Part shown: in pieces, positions 9,149-18,632 of the stretch
Layout: each line of letters begins with the position of its first letter
Position numbering within the stretch: the stretch's first letter is position 1
Source: an uncultured Actinomycetes bacterium
GTDB lineage: Bacteria; Actinomycetota; UBA4738; JBBDTT01
Direction of reading: 5' to 3'
DNA length: 64,000 nt
Assembly: GCA_963742735.1 (NCBI GenBank)
Contig: CAVUMN010000003.1
Location: 672,001-736,000 of the forward strand
Program-made: the position numbers and the translations under genes
The notes under the pieces: generated by a model
Seen by the model: only the letters and a program-made list of their open reading frames with translations
The model's database searches: none
Told to the model about the DNA's origin: nothing

Positions 9149-9910
9149 ATGACGAGGCGAATCGCCACGCTCGCGACCTCGGCCCTGTTGCTGCTCGGCG
9201 CCTGCGACGACGGTCCGATCGACGTCCCGACGCCGGGCAGCACGCCGCCGACGACCCCGGCGAACCCGAGCGCGAGCCCGCCGTCGCCCTTGGCCCCGGA
9301 CGCCTCGACGGTCGAGATCGCGACGCTGCTTCGGGCGGGGGCCACCGCCGAGGCCGCGCTGTACGGGGACCTGAACGGGGTGGCCCCCAGCGAGATCGTC
9401 GTGCTCTCCTCGATCCCGGCCGGCGACCCGAACCTGCCACCGGTGCCGTACCTCGATGCGTTCTCGTGGGACCCCGCCCGGGCGGACTGGGTGAGGGTGT
9501 TCGAGGCGACCTCGTACCAGGACCCCGCCACCGGCCGGGGCCCCCTGCTCGCGGCGACCGACGCCACCGGCCAGGAGGTTCCGTTCCTGCAGGTCATCGA
9601 CTTCGCCGAGGACGGCGCCCCCGAGCTGGTGGTGGGCGTCCAGAGCTTCGGGGCGTCGTCGGGTCCGCTCGACGTGTGGATCCTCTCGTGGTTGTCCGAG
9701 GCGTTCACGACCGAGTTCCGCCGCTCGACCGAGCGCGGCGGCCAGATGGCGTTCGGGGAGTCCACCGTGACGCTGGAGACCGGCGTGTATCGTCCGGGCG
9801 ATCCGGGCTGCTGCCCGAGCGCGATCGAGACGCTCGTCATCGGGTGGGACGCCGGGGTGGAACGTATCGTCGTGCTGGAACGCACCGAGCGGGAGGTCGA
9901 GCAAGGCTGA
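9149..9910 (+). CDS. Hypothetical lipoprotein (Pro/Thr linker, C-terminal CCPS motif)
   Basis: Lipobox LLGAC, PT-rich linker, DPGCCPS; stop overlaps thrS start. Confidence 0.75.
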   Translation: MTRRIATLATSALLLLGACDDGPIDVPTPGSTPPTTPANPSASPPSPLAPDASTVEIATLLRAGATAEAALYGDLNGVAPSEIVVLSSIPAGDPNLPPVPYLDAFSWDPARADWVRVFEATSYQDPATGRGPLLAATDATGQEVPFLQVIDFAEDGAPELVVGVQSFGASSGPLDVWILSWLSEAFTTEFRRSTERGGQMAFGESTVTLETGVYRPGDPGCCPSAIETLVIGWDAGVERIVVLERTEREVEQG

Positions 9911-11826
9911 TGCCGAAGGTCACGTTGCCCGACGGGGACGTGCGCGACGTCGAGGCCGGGACCCAGGTCAGCGACCTGGTCGGCGACGACGCGATCGCCG
10001 CCCGGCTGGACGGCGCGCTCGTCGACCTGGCCCACGAGATCCACGCGGACGCGCAGATCGAGCCGGTGCTCGTTTCGGAGCCCGACGGGCTGACCGTGCT
10101 CCGCCATTCCACGGCGCACGTGATGGCCCAGGCCGTGTGCGACCTGATCCCCGGGGCCAAGTACGCGATCGGCCCCCCCATCGAGGACGGCTTCTACTAC
10201 GACTTCGCCCTGCCCAGGCCGCTGACCCCGGACGACCTGCCGCGGATCGAGAAGCGGATGCGCGAGATCAGGAACGAGGGCCAGCCGTTCGTGCGCGAGG
10301 AGCTCTCCCGCCAGGAGGCCCTGCAGCGCTTCGCGGACCAGGACTTCAAGCGGGAGATCATCGAGACGCTCGAGGCCTCCGAGGGCGCCCTCGGCGAGAC
10401 CGTGAGCGTCTACCGCAACGACGGGTGGGGCGACCTCTGCCTGGGGCCGCACGTCCCGTCCACGAAGCGGCTCGGGGTGTTCAAGCTGACCTCCCTCGCC
10501 GGCGCGTACTGGCGGGGCGACGAACACCGGCCCATGCTCCAGCGCGTCTACGGCACGGCGTGGCCCACCCAGGAGGACCTGGACGCGTACCTCCACCGGC
10601 TGGAGGAGGCCGAGCGCCGGGACCACCGTCGACTGGGGCGGGACCTCGACCTCGTCTCGTTCCCCGAGGAGGTCGGGGCCGGGCTGGCCCTGTGGCACCC
10701 GCGCGGCGGCATCTTCCGCAAGGAGCTCGAGGACTTCGTTCGCGAGGTCCACCTCCGGCGCGGGTACGAGATCGTGGCCACGCCGCACGTCGCCCGGTCG
10801 AACGTGTGGGAGACCAGCGGCCACCTGGCCAAGTACCGCGGCAACATGTACCCGGCGATGCGCGAGGAGGAGGGCGGCGAGTACTTCGTCAAGCCCATGA
10901 ACTGTCCGCTGCACGTCCTGATCTACAAGTCGCAGACGCGTTCGTACCGGGACCTGCCGCTGCGTCTGTCCGAGCTCGGCACCGTCTATCGGTACGAGCG
11001 ACCGGGGACCCTGCACGGTCTCATGCGCATCCGCGGTCTGACCATCGACGACGCCCACATCTTCTGCCGGCCCGACCAGCTGGTGGACGAGATCCTCGGC
11101 GTGTTCGACCTGACCCTCGAGGTGCAGCGCACGTTCGGGTTCACCGACCCCAAGATCGAGCTCTCGACCAAGCCCGGCGAGGCCATCGGGGACGAGGCCA
11201 TGTGGCAGCGCGCCACCGAGGTCCTGCATCAGGCCCTCGAGGCGAGCGGGATGGCGTTCACGGTGGCCGAGGGGGAGGGGGCGTTCTACGGCCCCAAGGT
11301 GGACTTCCACTTCCGCGACGCGATCGGCCGGTACTGGCAGCTGACCACCGTGCAGTGCGACTTCGCGCTGCCGGAGCGCTTCGACATCGAGTACATGACC
11401 GACGAGAACACCCGCGAGCGGCCGGTGATGATCCACCGGGCGATCCTCGGTTCGCTGGAGCGCTTCGCGGGGGTGCTGATCGAGCACTACGCCGGCTCGT
11501 TCCCGCTGTGGCTCGCCCCGGAGCAGGTCCGGGTGGTCCCCATCGCCGACCGCCACGCCGAGCACGCCCACGCCCTCGCCCAGCGGCTGCGGGAGGCCGG
11601 GGTTCGCCCCGGGGTCGACGACAGCCACGAGACCGTCTCGAAGAAGATCCGCAACGCCCAGCTCTTCAAGGTCCCGTACACGCTCGTGGTGGGGGACAAG
11701 GAGCTCGAGGCCGGGACGGTGGCCGTACGGGACCGGGCCGGCACCGAGACCCGCGGTGTGCCGTTCGAGGAGTTCGTCGGCCGCGTCGTGGACGAGGTCC
11801 GCACCCGGGGCCTGCCCGCGGTGTGA
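9910..11826 (+). CDS. thrS: Threonine--tRNA ligase
   Basis: TLPDG TGS domain, RHSTAH, DLCLGPH, KPMNCP, MIHRAILGSLERF. Confidence 0.98.
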   Translation: MPKVTLPDGDVRDVEAGTQVSDLVGDDAIAARLDGALVDLAHEIHADAQIEPVLVSEPDGLTVLRHSTAHVMAQAVCDLIPGAKYAIGPPIEDGFYYDFALPRPLTPDDLPRIEKRMREIRNEGQPFVREELSRQEALQRFADQDFKREIIETLEASEGALGETVSVYRNDGWGDLCLGPHVPSTKRLGVFKLTSLAGAYWRGDEHRPMLQRVYGTAWPTQEDLDAYLHRLEEAERRDHRRLGRDLDLVSFPEEVGAGLALWHPRGGIFRKELEDFVREVHLRRGYEIVATPHVARSNVWETSGHLAKYRGNMYPAMREEEGGEYFVKPMNCPLHVLIYKSQTRSYRDLPLRLSELGTVYRYERPGTLHGLMRIRGLTIDDAHIFCRPDQLVDEILGVFDLTLEVQRTFGFTDPKIELSTKPGEAIGDEAMWQRATEVLHQALEASGMAFTVAEGEGAFYGPKVDFHFRDAIGRYWQLTTVQCDFALPERFDIEYMTDENTRERPVMIHRAILGSLERFAGVLIEHYAGSFPLWLAPEQVRVVPIADRHAEHAHALAQRLREAGVRPGVDDSHETVSKKIRNAQLFKVPYTLVVGDKELEAGTVAVRDRAGTETRGVPFEEFVGRVVDEVRTRGLPAV

Positions 11827-12314
11827 TGGAACGGCTCTGGACCCCCTGGAGGATGAGCTACATCAAGGGAGCCGACAGTGCGGAGAGCTGTTTCCTGTGC
11901 GACGCCCCCGACCTGGACGAGGACGACCGCACGTACATCCTGGCCCGGGGCAAGGACGCGTTCGTGATCCTGAACATCTACCCGTACAACACCGGGCACA
12001 TCATGGTCGCGCCGTACCGCCACGTGGCCGACCTGGAGTCGCTGGGCGGTGAGGAGGGGCTTGAGGGCTTCGCGCTGCTGCGCAAGTCCGTCGAGGCGCT
12101 GAAGGAAGCGTTCGAGCCCCAGGGGTTCAACATCGGGATGAACCTGGGCCGCGTGGCCGGCGCGGGGGTTCCCGACCATCTCCACTTCCACGTGGTCCCG
12201 CGGTGGGGCGGCGACACGAACTTCATGCCCGTGCTGGGCGCGACGAAGGTGCTCCCCGAGCTGCTGGACGAGACCTACGCGAAGCTGAAGCCGCTGTTCT
12301 CGGACGCGGGCTAG
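11826..12314 (+). CDS. HIT-family hydrolase (Ap4A phosphorylase-like)
   Basis: MERLWTPWRM, NIYPYNTGH, HLHFHVVPRWGGD histidine triad; usual thrS neighbour. Confidence 0.93.
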   Translation: MERLWTPWRMSYIKGADSAESCFLCDAPDLDEDDRTYILARGKDAFVILNIYPYNTGHIMVAPYRHVADLESLGGEEGLEGFALLRKSVEALKEAFEPQGFNIGMNLGRVAGAGVPDHLHFHVVPRWGGDTNFMPVLGATKVLPELLDETYAKLKPLFSDAG

Positions 12315-14398
12315 GCCCGCGCCTCCTCCTTCGCCTGGCGAGCCTCCTCGATGATCTTGTCGGCGAGGTGCGCCGGGACCTCCTCGTAGTGACTGAACCG
12401 CATCGAGAACGCGCCGCGGCCGTGGGTCATCGAGCGGAGGTCGATCGCGTAGCGGGCCATCTCGGCCTGGGGGACGTGCGCCCGGATCGCCTGCCGGCCG
12501 GCACCGGTGGGCTGCATGCCCTCGATGCGTCCCCGCCGCGCGTTGAGGTTGCCCATGATGTCGCCGGCGAAGTCGTCCGGGACGACGATCTCGACCTCGA
12601 CGATCGGCTCGAGCAGGACGACCCCCGCCGCCTGGGCCGCGTCTCGCAGCGCGAGCGCCCCGGCGATCTGGAACGCGATATCCGAGGAGTCCACGGGGTG
12701 GAACTTCCCGTCGAACAGCGTGCAGCGGATGTCGACCATCGGGTTCCCACTGGCGGCGCCCTCGGCCATCGCCTTGACGACGCCCTTCTCGACCGAGGTG
12801 ATCCACTGGTGGGGGATCGCGCCCCCGACGATCTTGTCCACGAACTCGAAGCCCTCGCCGTGGGCGAGCGGCTCGATCTCGATCTGGCACACGCCGTACT
12901 GACCGTGGCCGCCGGACTGCTTCACGTGGCGCCCGAGGCCCTTGCCGGGCCCGCGGACCGTCTCCTTGTAGGGGATCCGCGCCGGCGACGTGACGACCTC
13001 GACGCCGAACTTGCGCTTCATGCGCTCCAGGAGGACGTCCACGTGAGCCTCGCCCATGCCGTACAGGACCGTCTGGTGCGTCTCGTCGGATCGCTCGACG
13101 TGGACGGTCGGGTCCTCCTCGACCGAGCGATGCAGGGCGGTGGAGAGCTTGTCCTCGTCGCCCTTCGTCTTCGGCTCGACGGCGACGGCGTACAGCGGCT
13201 CGGGCAGGTCGATCGGCGGGAACCGCACGTCGTCGCCCTTGGCGGTGAGCGTGTCTCCCGAGGTGGTCTTCGCGAGCTTGGCGATGGCCCCGATGTCGCC
13301 CGCCGGGACCGCCGAGACCGTCTCGTGCTCCTTGCCGCGCAGGGTGAACAGCTGGCCGATGCGTTCCTCGACGTTCTGGGTCGCGTTGTGGACGCTCGAG
13401 TCCGGCTTCAGTGAGCCGGAGGCGACCTTGACCAGGCTGATCTTGCCGACGAACGGGTCCGAGATCGTCTTGAACACCACACCGGTCAACGGGCCGGACG
13501 GGTCGACCGCGCGCTGGGTCTCCTCGCCGGCCTTGTCGAGCACGGCCGCCGCCGGCCGGTCCACCGGAGAGGGGAAGACGTCGACGATGAACCGCGCCAG
13601 CCGGTCGACGCCCACCGGCGTCGTCGCGGACCCGCACAGCACCGGCGCCAGCCGGGCCTGGGTGAAGCCGGCCTTCATCCCGCGGACCACCTCCTCCTCG
13701 GAGAGCTCCCCGGTCTCCAGGTACTTCTCGAGGAGCGAGTCGTCGGCCTCGGCCACGGCGTCGACGAGCTTCTCGCGGAACGGCTCGACCTTGCCGGCGA
13801 TGTCGTCGGGCCAGGCTCCCTCGGCGCCCCTGGGATCCCCCGAGTACCGGTAGGCCTTCTGGGAGAGGAGGTCGACCACGCCCTCCAGCTCGTGCTCCTC
13901 GCCGATCGGGAACTGGATGGGCGCGACCTGGGTCCCGAACGCTGCCGTCAGGCCGTCGAGGGTTCGCTGGTAGGAGGCCCGCTCGCGGTCGAGCTTGTTG
14001 ACGAAGAACGCGCGGGGCAACCCCGCCTCGACGGCCATCTCCCAGATGACCTCGTGCTGGACCTCCACGCCGTCCACCGCCGAGACGACGAACAGGCAGG
14101 CGTCGGCGGCCCGGAGCGCCGCCCGGACGTCCCCGATGAAGTCGGCGTACCCGGGCGCGTCGAGCAGGTTGATCTTCACGCCGTCCCACTCGACGGGGGC
14201 CAGCGCGAGCGACACGCTGATCTGCTTCTTGATCTCCTCGGGTTCGTGGTCGCTGACGGTGGTGCCGTCTTCCACCTTGCCCACGCGGGTGATGTGTCCG
14301 GCGGCGAACAGCAACGCCTCGGTGAGGGTGGTCTTGCCGGCGCCCCCGTGCCCAACGAGCGCGACGTTGCGGATATCCTTGGGCTCGTAGGCCTTCAC
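12311..14398 (-). CDS. fusA2: Elongation factor G-like protein (EF-G2)
   Basis: GHGGAGKT, DAPG, NKLD, KQSGGHGQYG, DSSD; switch I KQISV instead of RGITI. Confidence 0.92.
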   Translation of the reverse strand: MKAYEPKDIRNVALVGHGGAGKTTLTEALLFAAGHITRVGKVEDGTTVSDHEPEEIKKQISVSLALAPVEWDGVKINLLDAPGYADFIGDVRAALRAADACLFVVSAVDGVEVQHEVIWEMAVEAGLPRAFFVNKLDRERASYQRTLDGLTAAFGTQVAPIQFPIGEEHELEGVVDLLSQKAYRYSGDPRGAEGAWPDDIAGKVEPFREKLVDAVAEADDSLLEKYLETGELSEEEVVRGMKAGFTQARLAPVLCGSATTPVGVDRLARFIVDVFPSPVDRPAAAVLDKAGEETQRAVDPSGPLTGVVFKTISDPFVGKISLVKVASGSLKPDSSVHNATQNVEERIGQLFTLRGKEHETVSAVPAGDIGAIAKLAKTTSGDTLTAKGDDVRFPPIDLPEPLYAVAVEPKTKGDEDKLSTALHRSVEEDPTVHVERSDETHQTVLYGMGEAHVDVLLERMKRKFGVEVVTSPARIPYKETVRGPGKGLGRHVKQSGGHGQYGVCQIEIEPLAHGEGFEFVDKIVGGAIPHQWITSVEKGVVKAMAEGAASGNPMVDIRCTLFDGKFHPVDSSDIAFQIAGALALRDAAQAAGVVLLEPIVEVEIVVPDDFAGDIMGNLNARRGRIEGMQPTGAGRQAIRAHVPQAEMARYAIDLRSMTHGRGAFSMRFSHYEEVPAHLADKIIEEARQAKEEARA

Positions 14399-14471
14399 GA
14401 TCGCGAATCCTTTCGATCGGGGTCCCGCATTCTATCGAAGGCCCTTCGCGCGGCCCCCCGGAGACCAACCT

Positions 14472-15005
14472 GTGCCACGAGCCGCATCCACATCCGCCCG
14501 CGAGGCCCACGACGCGCTGGCCCTGGCCGCCCTCGGCGTGGTCGCGTCGGCCGCGGCGGCGTGGGCCCTCCTGAGCGCGGAGACGCGCCTCGCGGGCGTG
14601 GCCGTGTTGGTGGGCTGCCTGGCGTGCGCGGCCGCCTCGTCGCTCGCCGAACGGGCCGGCTCGCCCCGCGCCGGGTTCGCGGCGGAGGCGGCGGAGCGGC
14701 TCCTCGACGCGGGCTCCCTCGGTGCGCTGGTGTGGGCGTCCTTCGGCGACGGCGGTCGCGTCTCGGCCCTGGCCCTGGTGGCGCTGGGAGCCGGGGCCCT
14801 CACGGCCTACATCCGCGCGCGGGGGCGGGGGCTCGGCTTCGACGTCCCTCGGTGGCCCGCCTACCGGGTGGTGCGGGGGATCGCGCTCGCCGCGGGCTTG
14901 GTGGCCCTGCAGATGGAGACCGCGCTCTGGGCGGTCGTCGCGATGGACGCCGGGGTCGGCGTCGCGCGGTGGCGCTCCGTGTCGTCCGCGGGGGAGGCCG
15001 CGTGA
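14472..15005 (+). CDS. Degenerate CDP-alcohol phosphatidyltransferase-like membrane protein (pgsA position)
   Basis: AYIRARGRGLG and ERLLD remnants and position before patA-pimA, but the DxxDGxxAR and GxxxDxxxD aspartates are absent. Confidence 0.65.
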   Translation: MPRAASTSAREAHDALALAALGVVASAAAAWALLSAETRLAGVAVLVGCLACAAASSLAERAGSPRAGFAAEAAERLLDAGSLGALVWASFGDGGRVSALALVALGAGALTAYIRARGRGLGFDVPRWPAYRVVRGIALAAGLVALQMETALWAVVAMDAGVGVARWRSVSSAGEAA

Positions 15006-15919
15006 CCGAGCCGGTCTCGTTCGGGGCGCGCCTGGCCGTCCACGGATACCGGGCCGGCTCGTGGCTGTCCCAGCGCGTGTCCTACGACCTGGGCCGCACC
15101 GTCTCCCGCCGGACCGGCGACGTCCTGTACCGCGCCCTCCCACAGGTCCGGGCGCGCCTGGAGCGGACGTTCGAACGTGTCCTCGGCCTGCCCGCCGGAT
15201 CGCCGCTGCTCGACGCGGCGGTTCGCGAGGCCTTTCGAACGTACTGCCTGTACTGGTTCGAGACCTTCCACATGCAGTCGATGGCGGTCGACGACCTGGC
15301 CGCGCGGACCCGTCTGCTCGGCGAGGAACACATGGCCGCGGCCGTCGCCGCCGGGAACGGGGCGATCATCACGCTGCCCCACCTGGGGAACTGGGACGCG
15401 GCCGGGCGGATGGTGGTGGACCGGGGCTACCGGATCAGCGCGGTCGCGGAGGAGCTGAAGCCCCCCGAGGCGTTTCGCCTGTTCCTCGAACATCGGCGGC
15501 GCCTGGGTATGGGGATCGTCGCGCTGTCCGCGGGTCGCAAGGTGGGCGAGGAGCTCGTTGGGCTGCTCGCGGACAACCAGCTGGTGTGCCTGGTCGCCGA
15601 CCGCGACCTGACCGGACGCGGGGTGGACGTGGAGATCTTCGGGGAGCGGACGCAGCTCCCGGCGGGCCCGGCGCTGCTCTCGCTCGGCACCGGCGCGCCG
15701 CTCATCGTCGCCGCCGCCTACCAGATCGACGGCGGCGGGTGGGAGATCGTGATGAGCCCTCCCCAGGAGATCGAGCGCACGGCCGACCTGCGGGCCGACG
15801 TCGCCACCCTCACCCGGAAGGTCGCCGCGGCCTTCGAGCGGCAGATCTCCTCCGCGCCGACGACCTGGCACATGTTCCAGCCCTACTGGCCAGCCGACCT
15901 CCCGCCCAAGACCACATGA
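15002..15919 (+). CDS. patA: Phosphatidylinositol mannoside acyltransferase (PatA-like)
   Basis: HLGNWD, LVADRDL, PAGPA, WHMFQPYW; GTG start overlapping the previous stop. Confidence 0.9.
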   Translation: MTEPVSFGARLAVHGYRAGSWLSQRVSYDLGRTVSRRTGDVLYRALPQVRARLERTFERVLGLPAGSPLLDAAVREAFRTYCLYWFETFHMQSMAVDDLAARTRLLGEEHMAAAVAAGNGAIITLPHLGNWDAAGRMVVDRGYRISAVAEELKPPEAFRLFLEHRRRLGMGIVALSAGRKVGEELVGLLADNQLVCLVADRDLTGRGVDVEIFGERTQLPAGPALLSLGTGAPLIVAAAYQIDGGGWEIVMSPPQEIERTADLRADVATLTRKVAAAFERQISSAPTTWHMFQPYWPADLPPKTT

Positions 15920-17034
15920 GGGTTGCCTTGGCTTGCCCGTACGCGTGGGACGCGCCGGGCGGGGTCCAGACCCACGTGCGGCAGCTGGCGACGCGGCTCG
16001 AGCGAGACGGCCACGAGGTCCTGGTCCTGGCGCCGGCCACGGCCGAGCCGGCGGAGCGGTGGGCGGTCGGGGTCGGACGGCCCGTCCGGGTCCCGTTCAA
16101 CGGATCGGTGGCGCCGATCGCGCCGACCCCGGCGTCCGCCACGCGGGTCCGCCGCGCCCTGCGCGCGTTCCGCCCCGACGTGATCCACGCCCACGAGCCG
16201 TTCGTGCCGGGGACGGCCCTGTTCGCGGCGCGCAGCGGCCTGGCCCCGACGGTGGCGACCTTCCATGCCTACGCGGACCGCGGGTTGGCCCTGCGGCTGG
16301 CGGCGCCGGCGCTCCGGCCGCTGTGGCGCCGGCTCGCCCTGCGGCTGGCGGTCTCCGAGGCCGCTCGAGAGTTCGTGGGCCGGGCGTTCGAGGGGGAGGT
16401 CCGGATCGTCCCCAACGGCGCGGACGTCGCGCTGTTTCGCGACGCCGTCCCCACCGACGCCCTGCCGGCGGGGGAGAGGATCCTGTTCGTGAACCGGCTC
16501 GACCCGCGCAAGGGATTCCGGACCGCCGTGGACGCCTTCGCGCGGATCGCCGCCCGGCGTCCCGAGGCCCGGCTCATCGTGGCGGGGGACGGGGCCGAGC
16601 GCGACGCCGTGGCGCGTCTGGCGCCGCCCGTCCGGGAGCGCGTCACCATGCTGGGCAACGTCCCGCACGATCGCCTCCCGCCCTACCACGCGGCCTCCGA
16701 CCTGTTCGTCGGCCCGGCCCTGGGGCGCGAGTCGTTCGGGATCGTCCTGGTCGAGGCGATGGCGGCGGGGCTGCCCGTCGTCGCCAGCGACATCCCGGGC
16801 TACCGGGAGGTGGTCCGCGACGGCGTGGAGGGGGTGCTGGTGCCGCCGGGAGATGCCGTGGCGCTGGCGGACGCGGTGTCCCGTCTCCTGGAGGACCGGG
16901 CCGAGGCGGCGCGGCTCGGGGCGGCGGGGCGGGACCGCGCGGTTCGTTTCGACTGGGACGTGGTGGCCGGGGAGATCGCGGGGTGCTATGGGGAGGCCGT
17001 GGCCCGGGGGGGTTCGGGGGTGTGGCCCGGGTAA
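15916..17034 (+). CDS. pimA: GT4 phosphatidyl-myo-inositol mannosyltransferase PimA-like
   Basis: CPYAWDAPGGVQTH, HEP, RKG, ESFGIVLVEAMAAG. Confidence 0.9.
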   Translation: MRVALACPYAWDAPGGVQTHVRQLATRLERDGHEVLVLAPATAEPAERWAVGVGRPVRVPFNGSVAPIAPTPASATRVRRALRAFRPDVIHAHEPFVPGTALFAARSGLAPTVATFHAYADRGLALRLAAPALRPLWRRLALRLAVSEAAREFVGRAFEGEVRIVPNGADVALFRDAVPTDALPAGERILFVNRLDPRKGFRTAVDAFARIAARRPEARLIVAGDGAERDAVARLAPPVRERVTMLGNVPHDRLPPYHAASDLFVGPALGRESFGIVLVEAMAAGLPVVASDIPGYREVVRDGVEGVLVPPGDAVALADAVSRLLEDRAEAARLGAAGRDRAVRFDWDVVAGEIAGCYGEAVARGGSGVWPG

Positions 17035-17063
17035 TCGGTGCCCGGTTGCTACGATAGGCGGCC

Positions 17064-17615
17064 ATGGGTCTGTGGATCGCGCTCGGGATCGCCGGCGTCC
17101 TGTTGCTGTTCCTCATCTTCACGTTCAACCGGCTGGTCCGGAACCGCAACCGGGTGAACAACGCCTGGTCGAACATCGACGTCCAGCTGCGACGCCGGTA
17201 CGACCTGATCCCCAACCTGGTGGAGACGGTCAAGGGCTACGCGGCGCACGAGCGTCAGGTGTTCGAGGAGGTCACGAAGGCGCGAGCCGCCGCCCAGGCC
17301 GCCGGGTCCGTGCAGGACCAGGCCGCCGCCGAGAACCAGGTGACCCGCGGGCTGGGCCGACTGTTCGCGGTCGCCGAGGCCTACCCGCAGCTGCGCGCCA
17401 ACGAGAACTTCCTGGCGCTGCAGGAGGAGCTCACCGCGACCGAGTCCAAGATCGCATTCGCGCGCCAGTTCTACAACGACCAGGTCCAGAACCTGAACAC
17501 GCTGATCGAGTCGTTTCCCTCCAACATCGTGGCGGGCCTGTTCCGCTTCACGAAGCGCGAGTTCTTCGAGATCGAGGACGTCGCACGCGGCCCGGTCTCG
17601 GTCGCGGGCAGCTAA
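17064..17615 (+). CDS. lemA: LemA family protein
   Basis: NAWSNIDVQLRRRYDLIPNLV, EAYPQLRAN, ARQFYND. Confidence 0.96.
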   Translation: MGLWIALGIAGVLLLFLIFTFNRLVRNRNRVNNAWSNIDVQLRRRYDLIPNLVETVKGYAAHERQVFEEVTKARAAAQAAGSVQDQAAAENQVTRGLGRLFAVAEAYPQLRANENFLALQEELTATESKIAFARQFYNDQVQNLNTLIESFPSNIVAGLFRFTKREFFEIEDVARGPVSVAGS

Positions 17616-17621
17616 CCGCCC

Positions 17622-18530
17622 TTGTACGAGCGCATCACCGCCAACCGGTGGCGCACGTTCGCCCTGTTCCTGGGCTCCGTGGCGCTCCTCGTGGGGCTCG
17701 GGTACGTGTTCGGCGCGCTGTTTCGCGCGGGCGTCGTCGGCGTCGTCTTCGCGCTCGTCCTGGCGGGCATCCTGTCGATCACGTCGTACCGGTACGGCGA
17801 CCGGCTGGTCCTGGCGGCCGCGAGGGCCAAGCGCGTCTCGAAGCAGGAGGAGCCCCGCCTCTACAACCTGGTCGAGGGGCTGTGCATCGCCGCGGGCATG
17901 AACACGGTGCCCGCCCTGTACATCGTCCCCGAGGCCGCCCCGAACGCGTTCGCGACCGGCCGTGACCCGAAGCACTCCTCGATCGCGGTGACCAGGGGCC
18001 TGCTTGACCAGCTGAACCGGGTGGAGCTCGAGGGGGTCCTCGCGCACGAGCTCTCCCACGTCACCAACCGCGACATCCTGGTGGGGACCGTCGCGGCGAC
18101 CCTGGCCGGGGCGGTGGTGCTGATGTCGGAGCTCATGCTCCGGTGGTTCTGGTGGGGCGGCGCCCGCGGCCGCCGGGGAGGCGACCGCGAGGGCGGCGGC
18201 GGGTTTGCGCTGATCGCGGTGCTGGGGATCGTCCTGGCGCTGCTGGCCCCCCTGTTCGCGCAGCTGATCCGGCTCTCCATCTCCCGCCGCCGCGAGTATC
18301 TGGCCGACGCCTCGGGCGCCATGATGACGCGGTACCCGCCGGGGCTGGCCAGCGCGCTGAAGAAGATCGCCGCGGACCCCACACCGATGCGGGTGACGAA
18401 CAACGCCACGGCCCACCTGTGGCTCTCGCCGCCCTCACGGACCCCCGGGAGCGGGACCCCCCTGTGGGAGCGGCTGTTCTCGACCCACCCGCCGATCGCC
18501 GAGCGCATCAAGATCCTGGAGGAGATGTGA
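17622..18530 (+). CDS. htpX: HtpX-like M48 zinc metalloprotease
   Basis: PNAFATG, HELSH, SRRREYLAD, STHPPI. Confidence 0.95.
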   Translation: MYERITANRWRTFALFLGSVALLVGLGYVFGALFRAGVVGVVFALVLAGILSITSYRYGDRLVLAAARAKRVSKQEEPRLYNLVEGLCIAAGMNTVPALYIVPEAAPNAFATGRDPKHSSIAVTRGLLDQLNRVELEGVLAHELSHVTNRDILVGTVAATLAGAVVLMSELMLRWFWWGGARGRRGGDREGGGGFALIAVLGIVLALLAPLFAQLIRLSISRRREYLADASGAMMTRYPPGLASALKKIAADPTPMRVTNNATAHLWLSPPSRTPGSGTPLWERLFSTHPPIAERIKILEEM

Positions 18531-18632
18531 AACAACCCGGGGGTTGGTTGTGAAGCCCGGGGTCGCGTCGTAGCATCGGCCGGACCCAGAGCCCCCCAAA
18601 GACTCCCCCCGACCTCAGGAGGTCCCACCCCC

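Noticed and set aside
12311-14398. EF-G-like gene as a ribosomal-protection (TetM-type) resistance gene
   Set aside because: Motifs and the thrS-HIT-EF-G2-pgsA context match the ordinary actinobacterial EF-G2 paralogue
8677-15143. Very long antisense or alternate-frame ORFs (e.g. 8677..11628 -, 11487..15143 -, 42539..45304 -)
   Set aside because: Shadow ORFs of high-GC coding sequence, overlapping well-supported genes and lacking recognisable motifs
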